From Kipferlia bialata (Eukaryota), in the NCBI GenBank assembly GCA_003568945.1, contig BDIP01000062.1, positions 1-34,837 of the forward strand: DNA of 34,837 nucleotides, written 5' to 3'. How positions within the stretch are numbered: the first letter of the stretch is position 1; every line of letters begins with the position of its first letter. Under the pieces are notes generated by a model that saw only the letters and a list, made by a program, of their open reading frames with translations, had not been told where the DNA came from and did not search any database. Below are positions 1-13,245 of this stretch, one piece after another. The position numbers and the translations under genes were made by a program.

Positions 1-49
1 TATATTCTATGTATATGGCATGCCCCCCCCCCCCCCCCCCTCACCCCAG

Positions 50-1370
50 GGTTGCATCCCCCTCCTTGGATACTGTCTGGGCCAGCACATGCCACACAGG
101 ATGACAAGGGTAAGGGTGCTGTCTCTCTCTCTCTCTCTCTTGCACTCATCCCCTATTTGTCACTATGCACATATAGTTGTTACTCTGTCTCCCACTGACT
201 GTCAGGCCACCAAGTACGTCGCCCTCTCCGCCCTGACCTTTGCCCTCGTATGCACCGCACTCTGCCAGGTAAACGATATTTATATATGCATGGATATATA
301 TATATATATGCACCGCACTCTGCCAGGTATCCCTCGCTCTCTCAAGTTCTTTCTCTTAGGGGTGGTTCCTCTCAATACTGATATCGAGCAACAACTCGTG
401 TTGGCACTACATCCACTCACCTCCAGACATTCCCGGCCTACCTCGCGTCCATATTCTCGGATGACCAGGTACACCCAGTATCTATGTATGTATACACCCA
501 GATGTATTGATTGATAATGGATATACTGGTGCTGATTACTTGGATGACCAGGTGCCACCCCACCATAGCAATATTGGGGTCTTTCTCTCTGTACCTGCTC
601 TACTCACTGTGTCTTTGCAAGTGATAACGTATTTGCCTCACCCCAGGCTGTGGTTGACACAGCTGTCACTCAGATCCACCATATATTTGCTTTCACATGG
701 CTGCAGTCCATCACATTCATAGCAGGGGCCGTCACACAGGTGGGTGTTTGTACGGGTATTGTGCGGCGGCTGTCCATGACACACATGTATGTGTATGTCT
801 ATGTTCCTCAGCTGTGATATACCACAGATTGTCTCTGTGCCTCCATGTCTCTCTTATCTCACCCTATCCCCTCTACCCCCTCATTCCCAGGTCTCCAGAC
901 ACATCCGTGCCAACCTCGTCTCCAACATGGCCAAGCCCGTGTGTCTGCTCACATTCATCCTCCTGCTGCCCACATTCAGAGGCGTCAGTGGTACGTGGTA
1001 CAGTGTATATGATACCACTTGTGTGTATATGCATATTCCAACTTCTACATCTAGTGTGTCATGGTTTCTGACCCCTCCCCTCACCCCCAGGAGTCTGGGA
1101 GGCCTACCTCGTGTCTGACATTCTGTCCAACTCAGCAGGTGAGACTATGCATATCCAGTAGGGTATCCCATCGGGATGTGGGTGTTTCTTTCTATTCTCT
1201 CATGCTACTGTGCTCTTCTCCCTCTGACCCCAGGTATTGCTGTCTTCCTCAAGTTCTTCTTTACAATGAGGAGAGGAGACCTCCGTCTAGGTGAAGATAT
1301 CACAAAGGATGGAGGAGAGACAGTGGATGAGGGAGAGGCAGAGGAGGATGGAGAGGCAGTGGATGTCTAG
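50..1370 (+). CDS. MATE-family multidrug efflux transporter, 3' part (multi-exon, 5' end outside window)
   Basis: Spliced exons read GCIPLLGYCLGQHMPHRMTR|ATKYVALSALTFALVCTALCQ|TFPAYLASIFSDDQ|AVVDTAVTQIHHIFAFTWLQSITFIAGAVTQ|VSRHIRANLVSNMAKPVCLLTFILLLPTFRGVSG|VWEAYLVSDILSNSAG|IAVFLKFFF...AVDV*. This matches the MATE C-half pattern (GxxPxxGYxxG; FPxxLxxIFxxD; GxxGxWxAxxxSD). Confidence 0.8.
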
Positions 1371-1690
1371 GTGTGGGGCCTGTCTGTCTAGGTGCCACCA
1401 GATTGTCACAGACCCCCCGGTGTCACCCTATATACTACTATAACAACATCAACAACAGAGCAGAGAGTTTCTATAATATATGCTGTACCCCTTTCTATAG
1501 CATCTGCTCTGTACGACTTCAATAGATTGCGATCGGTGGTGATGGTCATTATGGTACTGGAAGAGTACTATTTAGCAGTCATCAGTTAACGGACACAATG
1601 CACAAATTCATAGCTTGTAGTGGATGAAATACACTATCGCAATGGCCACAAACTGAGTACAAGCAACCATGGTCCAATCTATGCAATCGG

Positions 1691-4600
1691 CTACTCCCTG
1701 CCCCTCTTCTTGCCAGTTGTGACATGCTGTCTGATGTCAGTCTGGGTCAGCCTCTGCCTGGGGTGTGCCTTTCTGGGGCTGGGGCTGGGTGCATCCCTGC
1801 TAGACTCCACCAGGGAGTTGTTGAGCCACGAGAAGACGTCGACCCCTGCCTTCTTGCCTAGATCCATGTTGAATGCGTCCTTGCATAGTACATGCACACG
1901 GGCAGGGAGGTAGTCGCCCTGGGGTTAGAGAATAGTGAGAGAACACCTCGTGTAGAGTATTGGGTGTTACAAAAGGGATGTGCAAGTGCGATACCTCCTT
2001 ATCCCACTTGAGGTCACAGGGCAGCTTGGGGGTGCCGATGAAGTACTGGGGGTGCACTATGTGTAAGGGAGGGAGATAGGGGGAGAGAGAGAGAGAGAGA
2101 GACTCCATGCCATGCACTATATTAAGATAGTAACCACATGCTACGCACCCATCCCCTCCTCTCTCTCCTGACATGCTGTGCCCAGCATGACATCGTGTAC
2201 CATGCTTTCATTCTTGTGGTCCATACCTGGGCGTGAGGGAGTGGGGGGTACATACCGATAGTACAGACAATACACAGATATACCGTACCCTGGTTGATCT
2301 CGTCGACCACTCTGAATGGGAACTCACACACACAGTGTGCAGCGGCAGACATGCACAGCGAGGAGACACTGTTCTCTCCCCCAGACCTGCCCACAGTGGA
2401 GGTCGCATCCTTCCTGATGTAAGGGCATGGGTATATATATACATATCTGTATCTAAATATACAGGGAGAGTGGAGTGTCGCATCCTTCCTGGGGGTCAGC
2501 AGGGGACACGTATGTACTTATGTAGGAGCACACAAACATATATATCCATATATATATGTATGTTACCTGAAGTTTGTCTCAAGTGACAGTCCTAGGTCTG
2601 TGAGGGTGAGCTCTGCGTGTCTGGCACTGTCCATCCAGGGGGGGAGGGGGACAACGCCAGCATCGACAGAGGGCTCGCAGTCCTAAGGTGAGACATGAGG
2701 GATACGAATAGAGATAAGGGTCAGAGCACTACACCATACCCTCATCTCCTGCAGCGTGTCCTTGTTTGTCTTGTGCTCCAGGGCTATCCTCTCGAGGGCT
2801 GGCATGGAGGTGCCCTGGCCGAGGAACTGGGCCTGACACGGTGAGGGGGAGGAGGGGTATACGTATATCATCAATGTATATAACACATACTATATATGTA
2901 TATACATACTGGCACTGATATGACCTTGGAACTGGGAGGGTGAGAGAGAGGGGAGGTATGTATATACAGAGACATATCCCTTGACATCACCGTACCTCGT
3001 TCATGAGCACCCTGCCTGTGACCTGGAACTGGCTCATCAGCAGGCCAAGGGACTTAGAGACCTGGGGGGTTAGCATTACATTACACATATATATACACAT
3101 TCAAGGATACTCCAAATTCCCCCACCTTCTGGCATATGGGCTGTGCCCTTCTGTACCACTGCAGGAACTGCTCGATGAGGTTGGCCCTGCCCTCGTACTC
3201 CTCAGCTGCAGAGGCATAGAAGGTGGAGGCCTCGTCCTTGAACGACTGCTCGATACTAGAGGGTCAGCAGGGGGGGGGGGGGTAGTATATGCTATAAATG
3301 AAGGAAGATAATACACCAATACCCGTACCCCTCGTATCTGACGAGGTCCTCTGCCCCCTCATTCCCTGTTGCCTCCAGGATACCCTTGAGTCTCACCACC
3401 TCTCTGTCCAGTCTGACGATGGGCAGGACCACACCCTCCCACTCACCGGGCTTAGGCACAGTGGCAGGGTCGGACAGGTGGGCAAAGCCGGGCTCAAGCT
3501 GGGGGTCAGCACAATGAAATTACAAATATCAATACCAACAATATAGAGTAGGCGTAGACTATAGTAGATACCTTGCACTCGTCGAGTATGGCCTGGTCCT
3601 GGAGACATGCATCGATTGCCTCCATGCCCTCATCCTCAGACCCAACGGCCTTGTCGATGTACTTCAGCTGGGGGTCAGGGGAGAGGGAGGCATGGTATAT
3701 GGGGTATGGTTGACATGTAGGGGATCCACGTCGGTATGATTAGACACAGCATACCTTGACTTGCTGGATTGTCTTGAGGTTCCTGTCCACGTGTGTCTGT
3801 TCCGTCACTAACCGGTTGTGTCTCCTGCTCAGATCACGCCTGAGGTGAGAGAGGAAGAGCACTCACTCGATGACCAATACTCCATAGTCTCTCCGTACGT
3901 TCTGTCTGCTGCCTTTGTGTGCTCCCCCCTCTTCTCCCTGATGGGTGCGATGCCCTTGATATGGGATGAGAGCTGTCTAACAAGGGACAGACACTGCAGA
4001 CGGCACTCGGGGAGGGCACCGGCCACAGTCCTGCCCTTCCGCTGGATCCAGTGTCTCTTGCGCTCAACCTCACCTCCCTCCTGCAAGGTGAGGGGTGGGG
4101 GGGGGGAGAGAGAGAGAGAGAGACAGAGAATCAGAGAGAGAGAGAGAGGGATGTACTGACTCTGAACACTTCACACCCACCTCGCTCTCCTCGTCATCAT
4201 CGTCGTCCTGCCCTGCCTTGGCCTGGGCATGGTGGAGAGAGCGCTGAGGGTGAGATATGTACATACTGATAAGGGAGGCGGCAGTATTTGAAAGAAATGT
4301 CATGATGCGTATATGAACCGTGTTCCCCATACCTTTAGTGTGACTGCCCTGTCCCTGCACCTCTTCTCGTGGTCTCTGACCTCTGATGCCTCCCGTCTGA
4401 ACTGGGCATCCTCGTCCATCAGAGGGGTCAGGGAGGCATTGATGCGGTCAATGTCAGACTGGATCTCTGGGGGTCAGGCTTCATATACAACTCTCTTACT
4501 CTACAATATGTATATACATATAATCCATACCTGGCAGCCGTGAGTCAATCTCCTCTGGCTTGAACTGACCCCACCTGTTACCAGTGTGCAGGTGCATGGC

Positions 4601-5145
4601 AGACTGGGGGTGAGACAGAGCTCAAGGTACTATACCATACACATGTATGTATACATAGTGACGGTGCCCCCCTAAGTGTATATAATCGTGTATTTGTATG
4701 CATTAGCCCACCTGACCCGCATAGTCCCCTGTGTGGGGGTGGACAGAGATGGTGTATCTCTTGCGAGCGGTGAGGATGCACTGGAACCGGGGCTTACGGC
4801 TGTGGGTGAGTGAAGTATATGAACGCGTCGACATGCAGCGGAGACTCCAGAGTATATTGGTACTAAAGTGGTGACGTACCAGTTGACCAGATAGTCCTCT
4901 GGCCTGAGTCTGAAGAGTAGCTCCACCACCTCCTGCTCTGTCCTAGGCTCATGGTCCAGCACAAGCATCACTCCCGCATTGGACCTGGGGTAAGGCAGAG
5001 AGGTATGTATATATACGTATATATATATCCACTGTACCTGTCGTCGAGTGCCTTCTTCACCATGGGGTCTCCGTCCACACAGTCCAGCACAGAGCCAACA
5101 ACACCCATCTGTCTCAGCTGGTCGGGGACAGCACCGCCTCTCCAC
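1691..5145 (-). CDS. SMC5: Structural maintenance of chromosomes protein 5, C-terminal half (coiled coil + ATPase tail); 5' half missing
   Basis: Signature motif and Walker B read RSGGENSVSSLC...FPFRVVDEINQG|MDHKNE, then QYFIGTPKL, characteristic of SMC5. Upstream exons are coiled-coil-like (EIQSDIDRINASLTPLMDEDAQFRREASE). Many GT-AG introns; stop at 1691. Confidence 0.92.
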
Positions 5146-5271
5146 CTGACAGTGAGTATGTATATAGCAATGATGGTACATACACATATACTAGCCTCCC
5201 CCCCCCCCCCCCCCCCCCGCGGCTGTTTTTTTTTATAAGACCCAAGTCCTTCTCACCTCTCTGATGTCTAG

Positions 5272-5489
5272 GTCACCCTCCCCCACCCCATCGATGCCCC
5301 TAAGGTCAAGGCATCATGGAGGCAGGGCACAAAGGTAAGGGGACGTGGATATACTGCTGAAAGTAGAGTCTGACTCCATCTCTCTTCATACTTGTATACA
5401 ACTCTGATAATACCCCATTCTCACCCCAGACCAAGCCCAGCACCCTCTCCCTGACCATGCCCCGACTGGACATGCTCAACCACATGTAG
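5272..5489 (+). CDS. C-terminal two exons of a CS/HSP20-like (PIH1-family, PIH1D3/DNAAF6-like) protein; 5' part missing
   Basis: Exons 5272-5334 and 5430-5489 join through a canonical intron (gtaagg...ctcaccccag) to give VTLPHPIDAPKVKASWRQGTK|TKPSTLSLTMPRLDMLNHM*. This resembles the LPHPVD..KAxW....LxxTM end of PIH1 CS domains. Confidence 0.45.
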
Positions 5490-6023
5490 GGTACCAGGGC
5501 CCCACACCCATGGCAGAGTGATGGAGTCATGGATGGGCACGTGACGATGACCCTGCGTCCCCTTGACTGGTAAGAGACATATTGGTAGATTGGTGGATCA
5601 GGCCAGGCCCCAAGAGTGACACACCCTGGGTAGCCAGACCCCACTGGGTGTGCATGCATCAGCGTCTAACTCATGTTGTTCATGGTTGGTGGGTCATGTA
5701 TGGGCAGTGTCATGATCCTTTGTTCTCTCAGCAGGATGTTAAAAACATCATGTTTTGGCTGACAGTGATTACGGAGAATGTCAATGGTAGCAATTGTCCA
5801 AGGAAGTACGACACAGTAAAGCAATGGGTAAAGAACGTAAGTAAGGGACATAGCAGCACTCGTGTACTAGTATCATTGATCATCATTATCAGACGAAAAC
5901 CTCGGTGATCACACAATCGAATTGTACAGGAAAAAACGGAAAAAGGGTCCCACTGTTTCCATACAGTCTGATGTGACCCCACACTGGCCACTCCTCTGTT
6001 GCATCTGCAAGGGGCACCCTGGC

Positions 6024-8673
6024 ATGTCCAGTGTGGAGTGCACCCGTGCTGATCTTGTGTTAGATGCTGAGGGGGCTGCGTACACCACCTCTTCCCTGCG
6101 GCTGTGGAAGTGTCTGCAAGTGTATTCCAGTCTGCATCGGCTGGACACTCCCTTCGCCAAGGTGTGTACTGGGGGGAGGCAGTTCTATTATATATCTCCT
6201 CTTCTCACACCAGTACAGTACCATGTCTGTCGTGCCGGGTATAGCCAATGGCCGCCTCCTAGTGCACCTCGCATCAAAGGTATCTCTACCCCTATCTCCT
6301 TATACTCCCCAAATAATCCTCTTATCACGCCACGCCTTACGTATCACACGAAAGGCCGTTACTGTGTAGTACCTCTATTATCTTGTGAGTGTTCCTTGGC
6401 ATTTAGTCCGTCTTTGCTAAACGTATCATATAACAATCATGTTACAGTCTACTTACCTGCTACTCTTGAGCTCTGTGCAGGAAATCACTTCATTCTCTGG
6501 ACTAAGTCATGTTTTCAGTCACTGCAATCGCTCCCCCTCTCTCTATTTCATATTTATTGACTCTCTGTAGTGTGTATGTCTGTCCAAGAGCTGTTCAGTG
6601 ATTCTTCTCTAGATCTACCCCCCTTTGGCGTAGTCCAAAAACAGACGTGTTAACGGTGTCCATCCTACACTATTGCACGTAATTGCCTCTCTCCTCCCAC
6701 CTCCAGGCTGGATATTTATGGCAAGATTCGTCGATTGGTGAAGAGAGAGTCTTCACCCAGTCCGACACCGTTGACGAGACCCTCCTAACCCCACTGTTCC
6801 AGTGGCTTCAGACCCTTGACCTGACCCCCTCAACAGATACCCCACACCTCCCTAGTGACCTGGTGGATGCCGCCCGGGTCACCCCCTGTCTGGTGTTCCT
6901 GGCAGGGTGTGTGGAGTGTCTGCTTCAGCGCCAGGGCGTGTCTGCCTCTGCCCTTGCCTCCTACTCCGACGTGCCATACCCCTCGCACTCTGTGTCTGAG
7001 GACATGGTCTCTGTGGTAGTGGCTGAGCTGGGGCAGGGGGTGCTGGCGGTACCCAATGTCAACGACGACTACCAGGGGTATGTATCTGTCTGGGGGTCAG
7101 GGGCATGGGCCGTGCATGCATGCGGCTTCCTAGGCTGTGTGGGTCTCATCATGGTGGTCGTGGCCCTACCCACAAGGCTCTACCGGATCCTGCCACCTGA
7201 AGAGTACGATATGGTAGTAGTCTCATTCCACTCCTACCTCCTTACACTCTCTCACAGTGTCCTCACCCCAAGCTACTCCGTGGCCAATGCCAATCTCCTC
7301 GCTGTCTTCAACCTGGTGCAGCTCTTCGCCTCCCCCGCTATCCAGCGTCTCTCAGACTCTGTGGGCCGCAAGAGGCTCGTCACCCTGCTGAATGCCCTAT
7401 ATGCCTTGTGCTTCTACATGTCAGGATTGAGCACCCGCCTCTTTTCCTCCCCAGGCAAGGAGTATGCGTGGCTGTATGCGTGGCGTGCCCTGTCTGGTGT
7501 GGCTGCCATGATAGTGCCCCTGGGCAATGTGGTGCTGGGTGACATCCTGCCCCTGCAGCAGAGGCCCCAGCACCTGGCCTTCCTCAACGGCATCACCAAC
7601 GCCAGCGGCATCCTGGGACCCCTCCTCCTGCTAGTCATATCGGGCAGGGTGTCCAGCAATGCGCAGTACTGGCGCTGGGCATGCACTGTAGCAGCTGGGT
7701 TCTGCCTCCTTGCCTGTCTGGGCACTGCTCTCTTCCTTCCTGAGACTGCCCCCCTCCCCAGGGCCAGGAGGGTCATCGACAGAGTGCAGGGGTCAGAGGG
7801 CACAGACACAGAGGGGGCACAGGAGGGGGTGTCTACAGAGCCAGACGGGTGGCTGGCTACCTTCAACACAGTGAGGCGAGACCGCAACCTGGTCATGCTC
7901 ATAGTGGCATACACCCTCACGCTGAGTGTCTTCAAGGGGGGTAGCGACATGGCCGGGGTGATACTGATGCAGCAGTTCGGCTTCTCACGAGACGCCTACT
8001 CCGCTGCTGCCGTCATATTCTGTGCCGTGTGTGCATTTGGAGGCATAGTGCTGGCCAAGCCCCTGATGAGACGGGTGGGGGAGAGGATGACCACACATGT
8101 GGGGCATGCCCTGGCAGCCCTGGCACTAGTGCTCTACCAGCCATTGGTATCTGAGTACACACCCACAGGGGTGCCATACTACAGAGACACCAGGTTCTGG
8201 CTGTTCAACCTCACCCTGGGTCTGCTAGGCCTATCTGATGGGGTGGCCCAGCCATCCTCCATGTCCATGTTCAGTCTGTACGCAACCCCATTCAACAAGG
8301 TGTGACATGTGTGACATGCATACACGGTTCACCCCATCGTACTCTCCCTCAGTCTTATGACCCACCTCTCTCCATCACTCTCCATATATGTCTCACCCTC
8401 CAGGGCAGTGTCCTCGGCATCGCTCAGATTGGCAACAGCCTGGGCCGGTCTCTCCCAACCATGGCCCTTGGGTACCTCTATGCCGTGAACCCCCACCTAG
8501 GCTTCGGCCTATTCATGGTCCTCCCAGTGATAGCCGCTCTCCTCACCCACGCCACCCTCCCCCCCCTACAACTGCATGCCATCAGGGCAGAGGGTGTGTC
8601 CAGAGACAGGGTCAGGGCGCTGGAGTGCACAGGACATCGCCTGGCAGAAGGAGACGCCATGGCCGTGGTCTAG
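6024..8673 (+). CDS. MFS transporter (TetA/DHA1-like) with a soluble N-terminal extension, possibly calponin-homology-like
   Basis: Motif A (QRLSDSVGRKRL), WRALSG, and GILGPLL/LFLPET motifs with many hydrophobic helices in ORF 6683-8305. Last exon 8404-8673 (GSVLGIAQIGNSLGRSL). Upstream exons 6024-6160 and 6214-6279 splice in phase 0. A possible in-frame intron lies at about 7204-7257. Confidence 0.85.
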
Positions 8674-9057
8674 TGTCAGACACGTCGCCTTATTGTACGC
8701 ATATGCTTACCTATATACTAACTGATATTTAACTCGCCTGCGTTCGTAAGTTAGTAACAGCAACCTTATAAATTATTCAACCAACACTTCCAAGGTCTGT
8801 ATCACTTACTAGTACCCTCTGGGACCTGAAGCCGCCTGCCTATGGGTCTGAAGTCATGTACAGCCTCTGAAGACTGGTCCTCTCTCTCCCCCCCTCCCTA
8901 TCCTATGTGTCCCATAAGCATGTCTCTTCTGCTGTGTACTAGCACGGTGGTGGGACCTATCAGACACGCACTGGGGTCAGGTGCAGAGGGCCTTGGTACA
9001 TACAATATTCATACATTTAGACCAAAAGAGGCCAACCACGAGGTGTTGCATCACTAC

Positions 9058-10046
9058 TTAGCACCTTGTGTCCCCTGTACACACTGGCATGTCCTCTCCC
9101 AGCCTCCATGTACAGGTGTCAGTCTCACATGGTTGGGGTAGGATGTGTACTCTGTTGCCATCGGTCTCAGTGTAGCCCCCAATCACATACACTGTGCCTC
9201 TGATACTAACGGCACCTGCGGCATATACCTGACATGAGAAAATACACAATGAATACTCAACCGGCAGGGTAATCTGACACATATAGTATGTCCCCATACC
9301 CCATAGGCTGAGCCATCCCTCTCTGGGCACCACCCCTCTGCCTGTGTGTAGGACAGGTGCTGCATGCCCTCCCCCATGTCACTCCCTATCAGCAGCACCC
9401 TCTCCCCCTGTGTCACAGCACAGCTGTAGGCAAAGGGGGAGGGGGGGTCAGGCAGCCAGGTGAACACCCCACCCACTGTGTCATAGCACCCTGCCCCGGT
9501 GGCATGCCCAGAGTCATCATACCCACCTGCTATGTACAGCATACCCCCTAGGGTGAATGCTGTATGGCAGTACCGAGGACTGGGCCAGTCCCCTGTCTTG
9601 GGTATCTGGTGCCACTCACCACTACGGATGGAGTATGTATGGAGAGTATCGAGACTCACACCACCACTGTGCCCCCCATACACATACACACTATCCCCTA
9701 TACGGGTGGCAGAGGCATATGTGATATCTGTAGCAAGGGGACACACCATGGGCTCAGAGCATATAGACCCACTGTCGGTATCAAGTGACAGACACATGCA
9801 GTGGTGGGTCTCAACCACTATGTTCTTACCAAGCAGCAGAGCAGTGTATGCCTCTCCCTCGCCCAGTGTCTCAGCAGGAGAGTGGCCATCGGGAGCTAGA
9901 GGACCTGAGGGTCAAGAAGAGTGATATAGAGTATCGGGATATCCACATATATCTACACATCCATCTGCCTAACCTGTGTAGACCAGTGCCCCGTGGTCCC
10001 CCCTGTGTCCTATGGGGTGGGACTTAAACACTAGGCTGGGGGGCAT
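9058..10046 (-). CDS. Kelch-repeat beta-propeller protein (3 exons)
   Basis: Repeats VYVYGG...W, PSPRYCHTAFTLGGMLYIAGGY and TVYVIGGY...W. Start MPPSLVFKSHPIGH at 10046; two canonical introns; TAA at 9058. Confidence 0.88.
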
Positions 10047-10207
10047 GCAATCAATACCCCGGTCTCTCTTCGTTCTAGAGAGAGAGAGAGAGTAGTCACA
10101 CAGACCAAGCCTTGTCTCGCTGTTTTTGTCGCAGGGTTTCGGTGTCACTGGCAACCACCTCTCTCATCATTGATACCAACACATCCCAAAGAAAGGAGTG
10201 ACAGGCC

Positions 10208-10405
10208 ATGGACATTGCCACCCAGGTCCTGTCTGTCGTGGCAGCTGTCAGGGCTCGGTACCTGCTGCTGCAGTCCACAGACAGGAAATGCACCTTGCTC
10301 TGTCAGCAGGTGGGTGTCTCTCTCTGTATCACTGTGTTAGTCTCTTCTCTTCTTGCCGATGAGTATTCTAGTATATGCAAGGTCTCAGCTGGTTCATATA
10401 CATCT

Positions 10406-10454
<49 letters not shown>

Positions 10455-10461
10455 TCCCACC

Positions 10462-10545
<84 letters not shown>

Positions 10546-11592
10546 CCTCACCCCCAGCTCCAGGGCGCCATGCAGGAGATGATCAACATATTCGGCCAGA
10601 TATGCCCAATCTCCAGCAACCCCAGCGGAGGTGTGTCACATTAGGATTGGGATAATATACTTGTGTACACACCTAACGATAATCATACATTGTCTCCCGC
10701 TGATAGGATTCATTCTCAGACACTCAAGTCTCCTGGTGTATATTGTCATCATAGTCTAACAACAGCCAACTCCCCCACCAAGCAGAAGCCCGCTGCTCAG
10801 CAGCAGCCCAGGTCCAAGCCCAACCCCTACCCCTCTGCCTACCCCAACACCAACGTACAGCAGAGCGGAACATACCCCCAGGGCAAGCAGGGGGCAGGTG
10901 CATACACCAACCCCTACGGAGCCCCCCCTCCTGCTGCCACCCGTTCTGCCTATCCCACCCAGCCCTACACCCACAGCACGGTGGGGTATGGCCAGTCCCA
11001 GTACGGCCGGACACAGACACAGCCCCAGCAGCAGCCCCAGTATGGTCAGTCTGGCATCTACGGCCCCCCCGCCCCCGGCCGCCCTGCCCAGACCACCCAG
11101 CCAGATGTCAATGCCCTGAGGAACATATTGCGGCAGAAGCTGACCAAGCAGTACGGGGAGCTGCAGAGGCGCATTGCCCCCACTATCAAGGAGGCCCAGC
11201 AGACCCAGGCCACGCTGACCAGCAACAGAGACACGCTGAGGGTGTATGTGAGGAACCTGGAGGCCCAGAACGCCAACCTGACCCAGTGGCTGGAGGGGTC
11301 GAGGGAGGCAGTGCGGAGGCTGCCGGCTGACACCCAGGAGCAGCCCAAGGCAGAGGACGCGTTCCAGCCTGCCACTGCCTGGGACAGACAGCTGCTGGAG
11401 CTGAGCAGTAGAGACCAGGCCCTGGACGAGCAGATCTGGGAGCTGACCAAGGCCCTGGAGGACAAGGGCAGGGTGTCAGGGGCCGACATCGACGTCACCC
11501 TCAAGGGGGTGAGGGACAGTGCCAGGGAGCAGTTTGAGTGCAGGGCCATGATTAGGAAGATACTCAATGCCCAGCAGACGCTGCAGGTGTAG
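10208..11592 (+). CDS. VPS23: ESCRT-I subunit Vps23/TSG101 (Pro/Tyr/Gln-rich linker, coiled coil, steadiness box); UEV domain largely absent in this assembly
   Basis: C-terminus WDRQLLELSSRDQALDEQIWELTKALE...IDVTLKGVRDSAREQFECRAMIRK matches the Vps23 core/SB domain. It is preceded by a coiled coil and PYP-rich region. Exon 10558-10630 (QEMINIFGQICPISS) resembles the end of a UEV domain. Membership of the first exon (10208-10309) is uncertain. Confidence 0.85.
10387..10537. repeat. About 110-nt poly-C tract followed by (CT)n, intronic
   Basis: Directly visible. Confidence 0.95.
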
Positions 11593-11711
11593 GGGGTTGG
11601 TAGGAAGAGACGGTTTGTGTGTGTTGTGAATATATAGTTGAAGTCCCGGTGATGTCTGAGCGTGTTTATGCATGTATATGTGAACGGGGGTATACTCTGT
11701 CTATTCTATGT

Positions 11712-13245
11712 CTACACCCTGCCAATCTCCTGCCCCATCTGCATCTTCTGGTGTGGACAGAGGCCAAACTCAAATGAGTCAGGGGCCTCAAACACCAGTA
11801 CGACAGTGGAGCCCAGCCTGAACCTGCCCAGCTTCTCCCCCTTGGAGAGGGTGATGGGGGAGTCTGCATAGGAGAAGCGGTGCACCTCGGTGTCACCAGC
11901 GATGTTGGTCTTGACTCTGGGGTCGAAGGTGAGGTCCATGCTAAGGGGTGAGAAGAGGGGGGGGGGGGTTGAATAGATAGAGTGATGCGATACCACACCC
12001 ACCTTCCGACGTTGTATGCCCCGATGAGGCACACGTGCATGGCGCCATGCTCCCATGTGCCGGATATGATGACTCTCTCGTTAGCCGCAAAGAGCCTTGG
12101 GTAGTATGACATGAATGCCTGGTTGACTGGGAACAGGTGCCCTGGGCAGTGGGTCACAGAGGTGACGGTCATGTCACACGGGGCGTGGATGCTGTGGTAG
12201 TCGCCTGGTATAAGAAAATATACATAACATATAATATACTATATAACACATAGAGTAGGGAAGAGAGGGGAGGGTGGAAGGGAGATATCTCTACTCACCA
12301 GGTGCGAGGTACAGGATGGCACTTCTGAGCTGGGAGTCTCTCTCTGCCAGCACGTGTCTGTCCTGGGATACCACAGAGGATATAGAGGATAGGGGCTGGT
12401 CAAGCTCGGAGGACTCGCTGGGCTCAGGGCTGGGGGTCAATGGAATTGGGTACATAACTGTACAGAGTGACACACATCACTACCGCACCTGTCCCTCTCC
12501 CTCTTCAGCAGCACAGGTGTCTTGTGGATAGACAGCTTGAAGGGCTCGGGGTCGAGCAGGTCCGATAGACTGTACTCCAGGCCCTTGACCTGGGTCAGCA
12601 CCCCCCCGTGGCACCTCTCTCCAGTCACCACCCGGCTGTCACAGGGAGACACAAGCACCCCGGCATCAGCACAGATGGGACGCAGGGAGGGGTAGATGGG
12701 CCGGTCAAACCAGGCAGAGAGAGAGGGGGCAGACTGGAACGGCATGGGGGACTCGTGGAGCTGGCAGTGGTAGGAGCGGCTGGAGTAAGAAATATCAGAA
12801 CAACCATAGGTGAACCTGAACGAGGGGGGGATGGGGGGGGGGGGGGGTCGTACCTGTACCACAGCAGCAGTCTCAGTCTGAACCAGTCAGCGTGTCTGTG
12901 CTGTGTGATGACGCCAAATGCCCTAGACAGAGACCTGGTGGAGATGGATGCCATCACCCTCAGGAACAACCTAGACCCAAAGGAGGGGCCGCCAATCTTC
13001 ACAGAGGGCTTGATTCCCATGTGGGCCAGGAGCACAGCCCCTGCGACACCGACTGGCAGGAGTACGGGGCCAAGGGCACGGACCACGGGGGTGGCGGCAC
13101 CGAAGGCTATGTACCCAGACATCACTGCGCAGGTGGCCAGTACGTACACATAGAATGAGGTAGAGTACAACCGCGGCCGGTCCGCCGTCACCATGACAGG
13201 CTTGCGCCCACGATGTTGCTTTGGGGCTGCAGGCATCAGGGTCAT
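11712..13245 (-). CDS. PSD: Phosphatidylserine decarboxylase proenzyme (Psd1/PISD-like) with N-terminal hydrophobic segment(s)
   Basis: [58 protein letters not shown] and the autocleavage motif [16 protein letters not shown]. Confidence 0.95.

Noticed and set aside
10303..10655. Poly-Pro / poly-Gly ORFs suggesting a formin- or extensin-like protein
   Set aside because: They are translations of an intronic poly-C and (CT)n tract.
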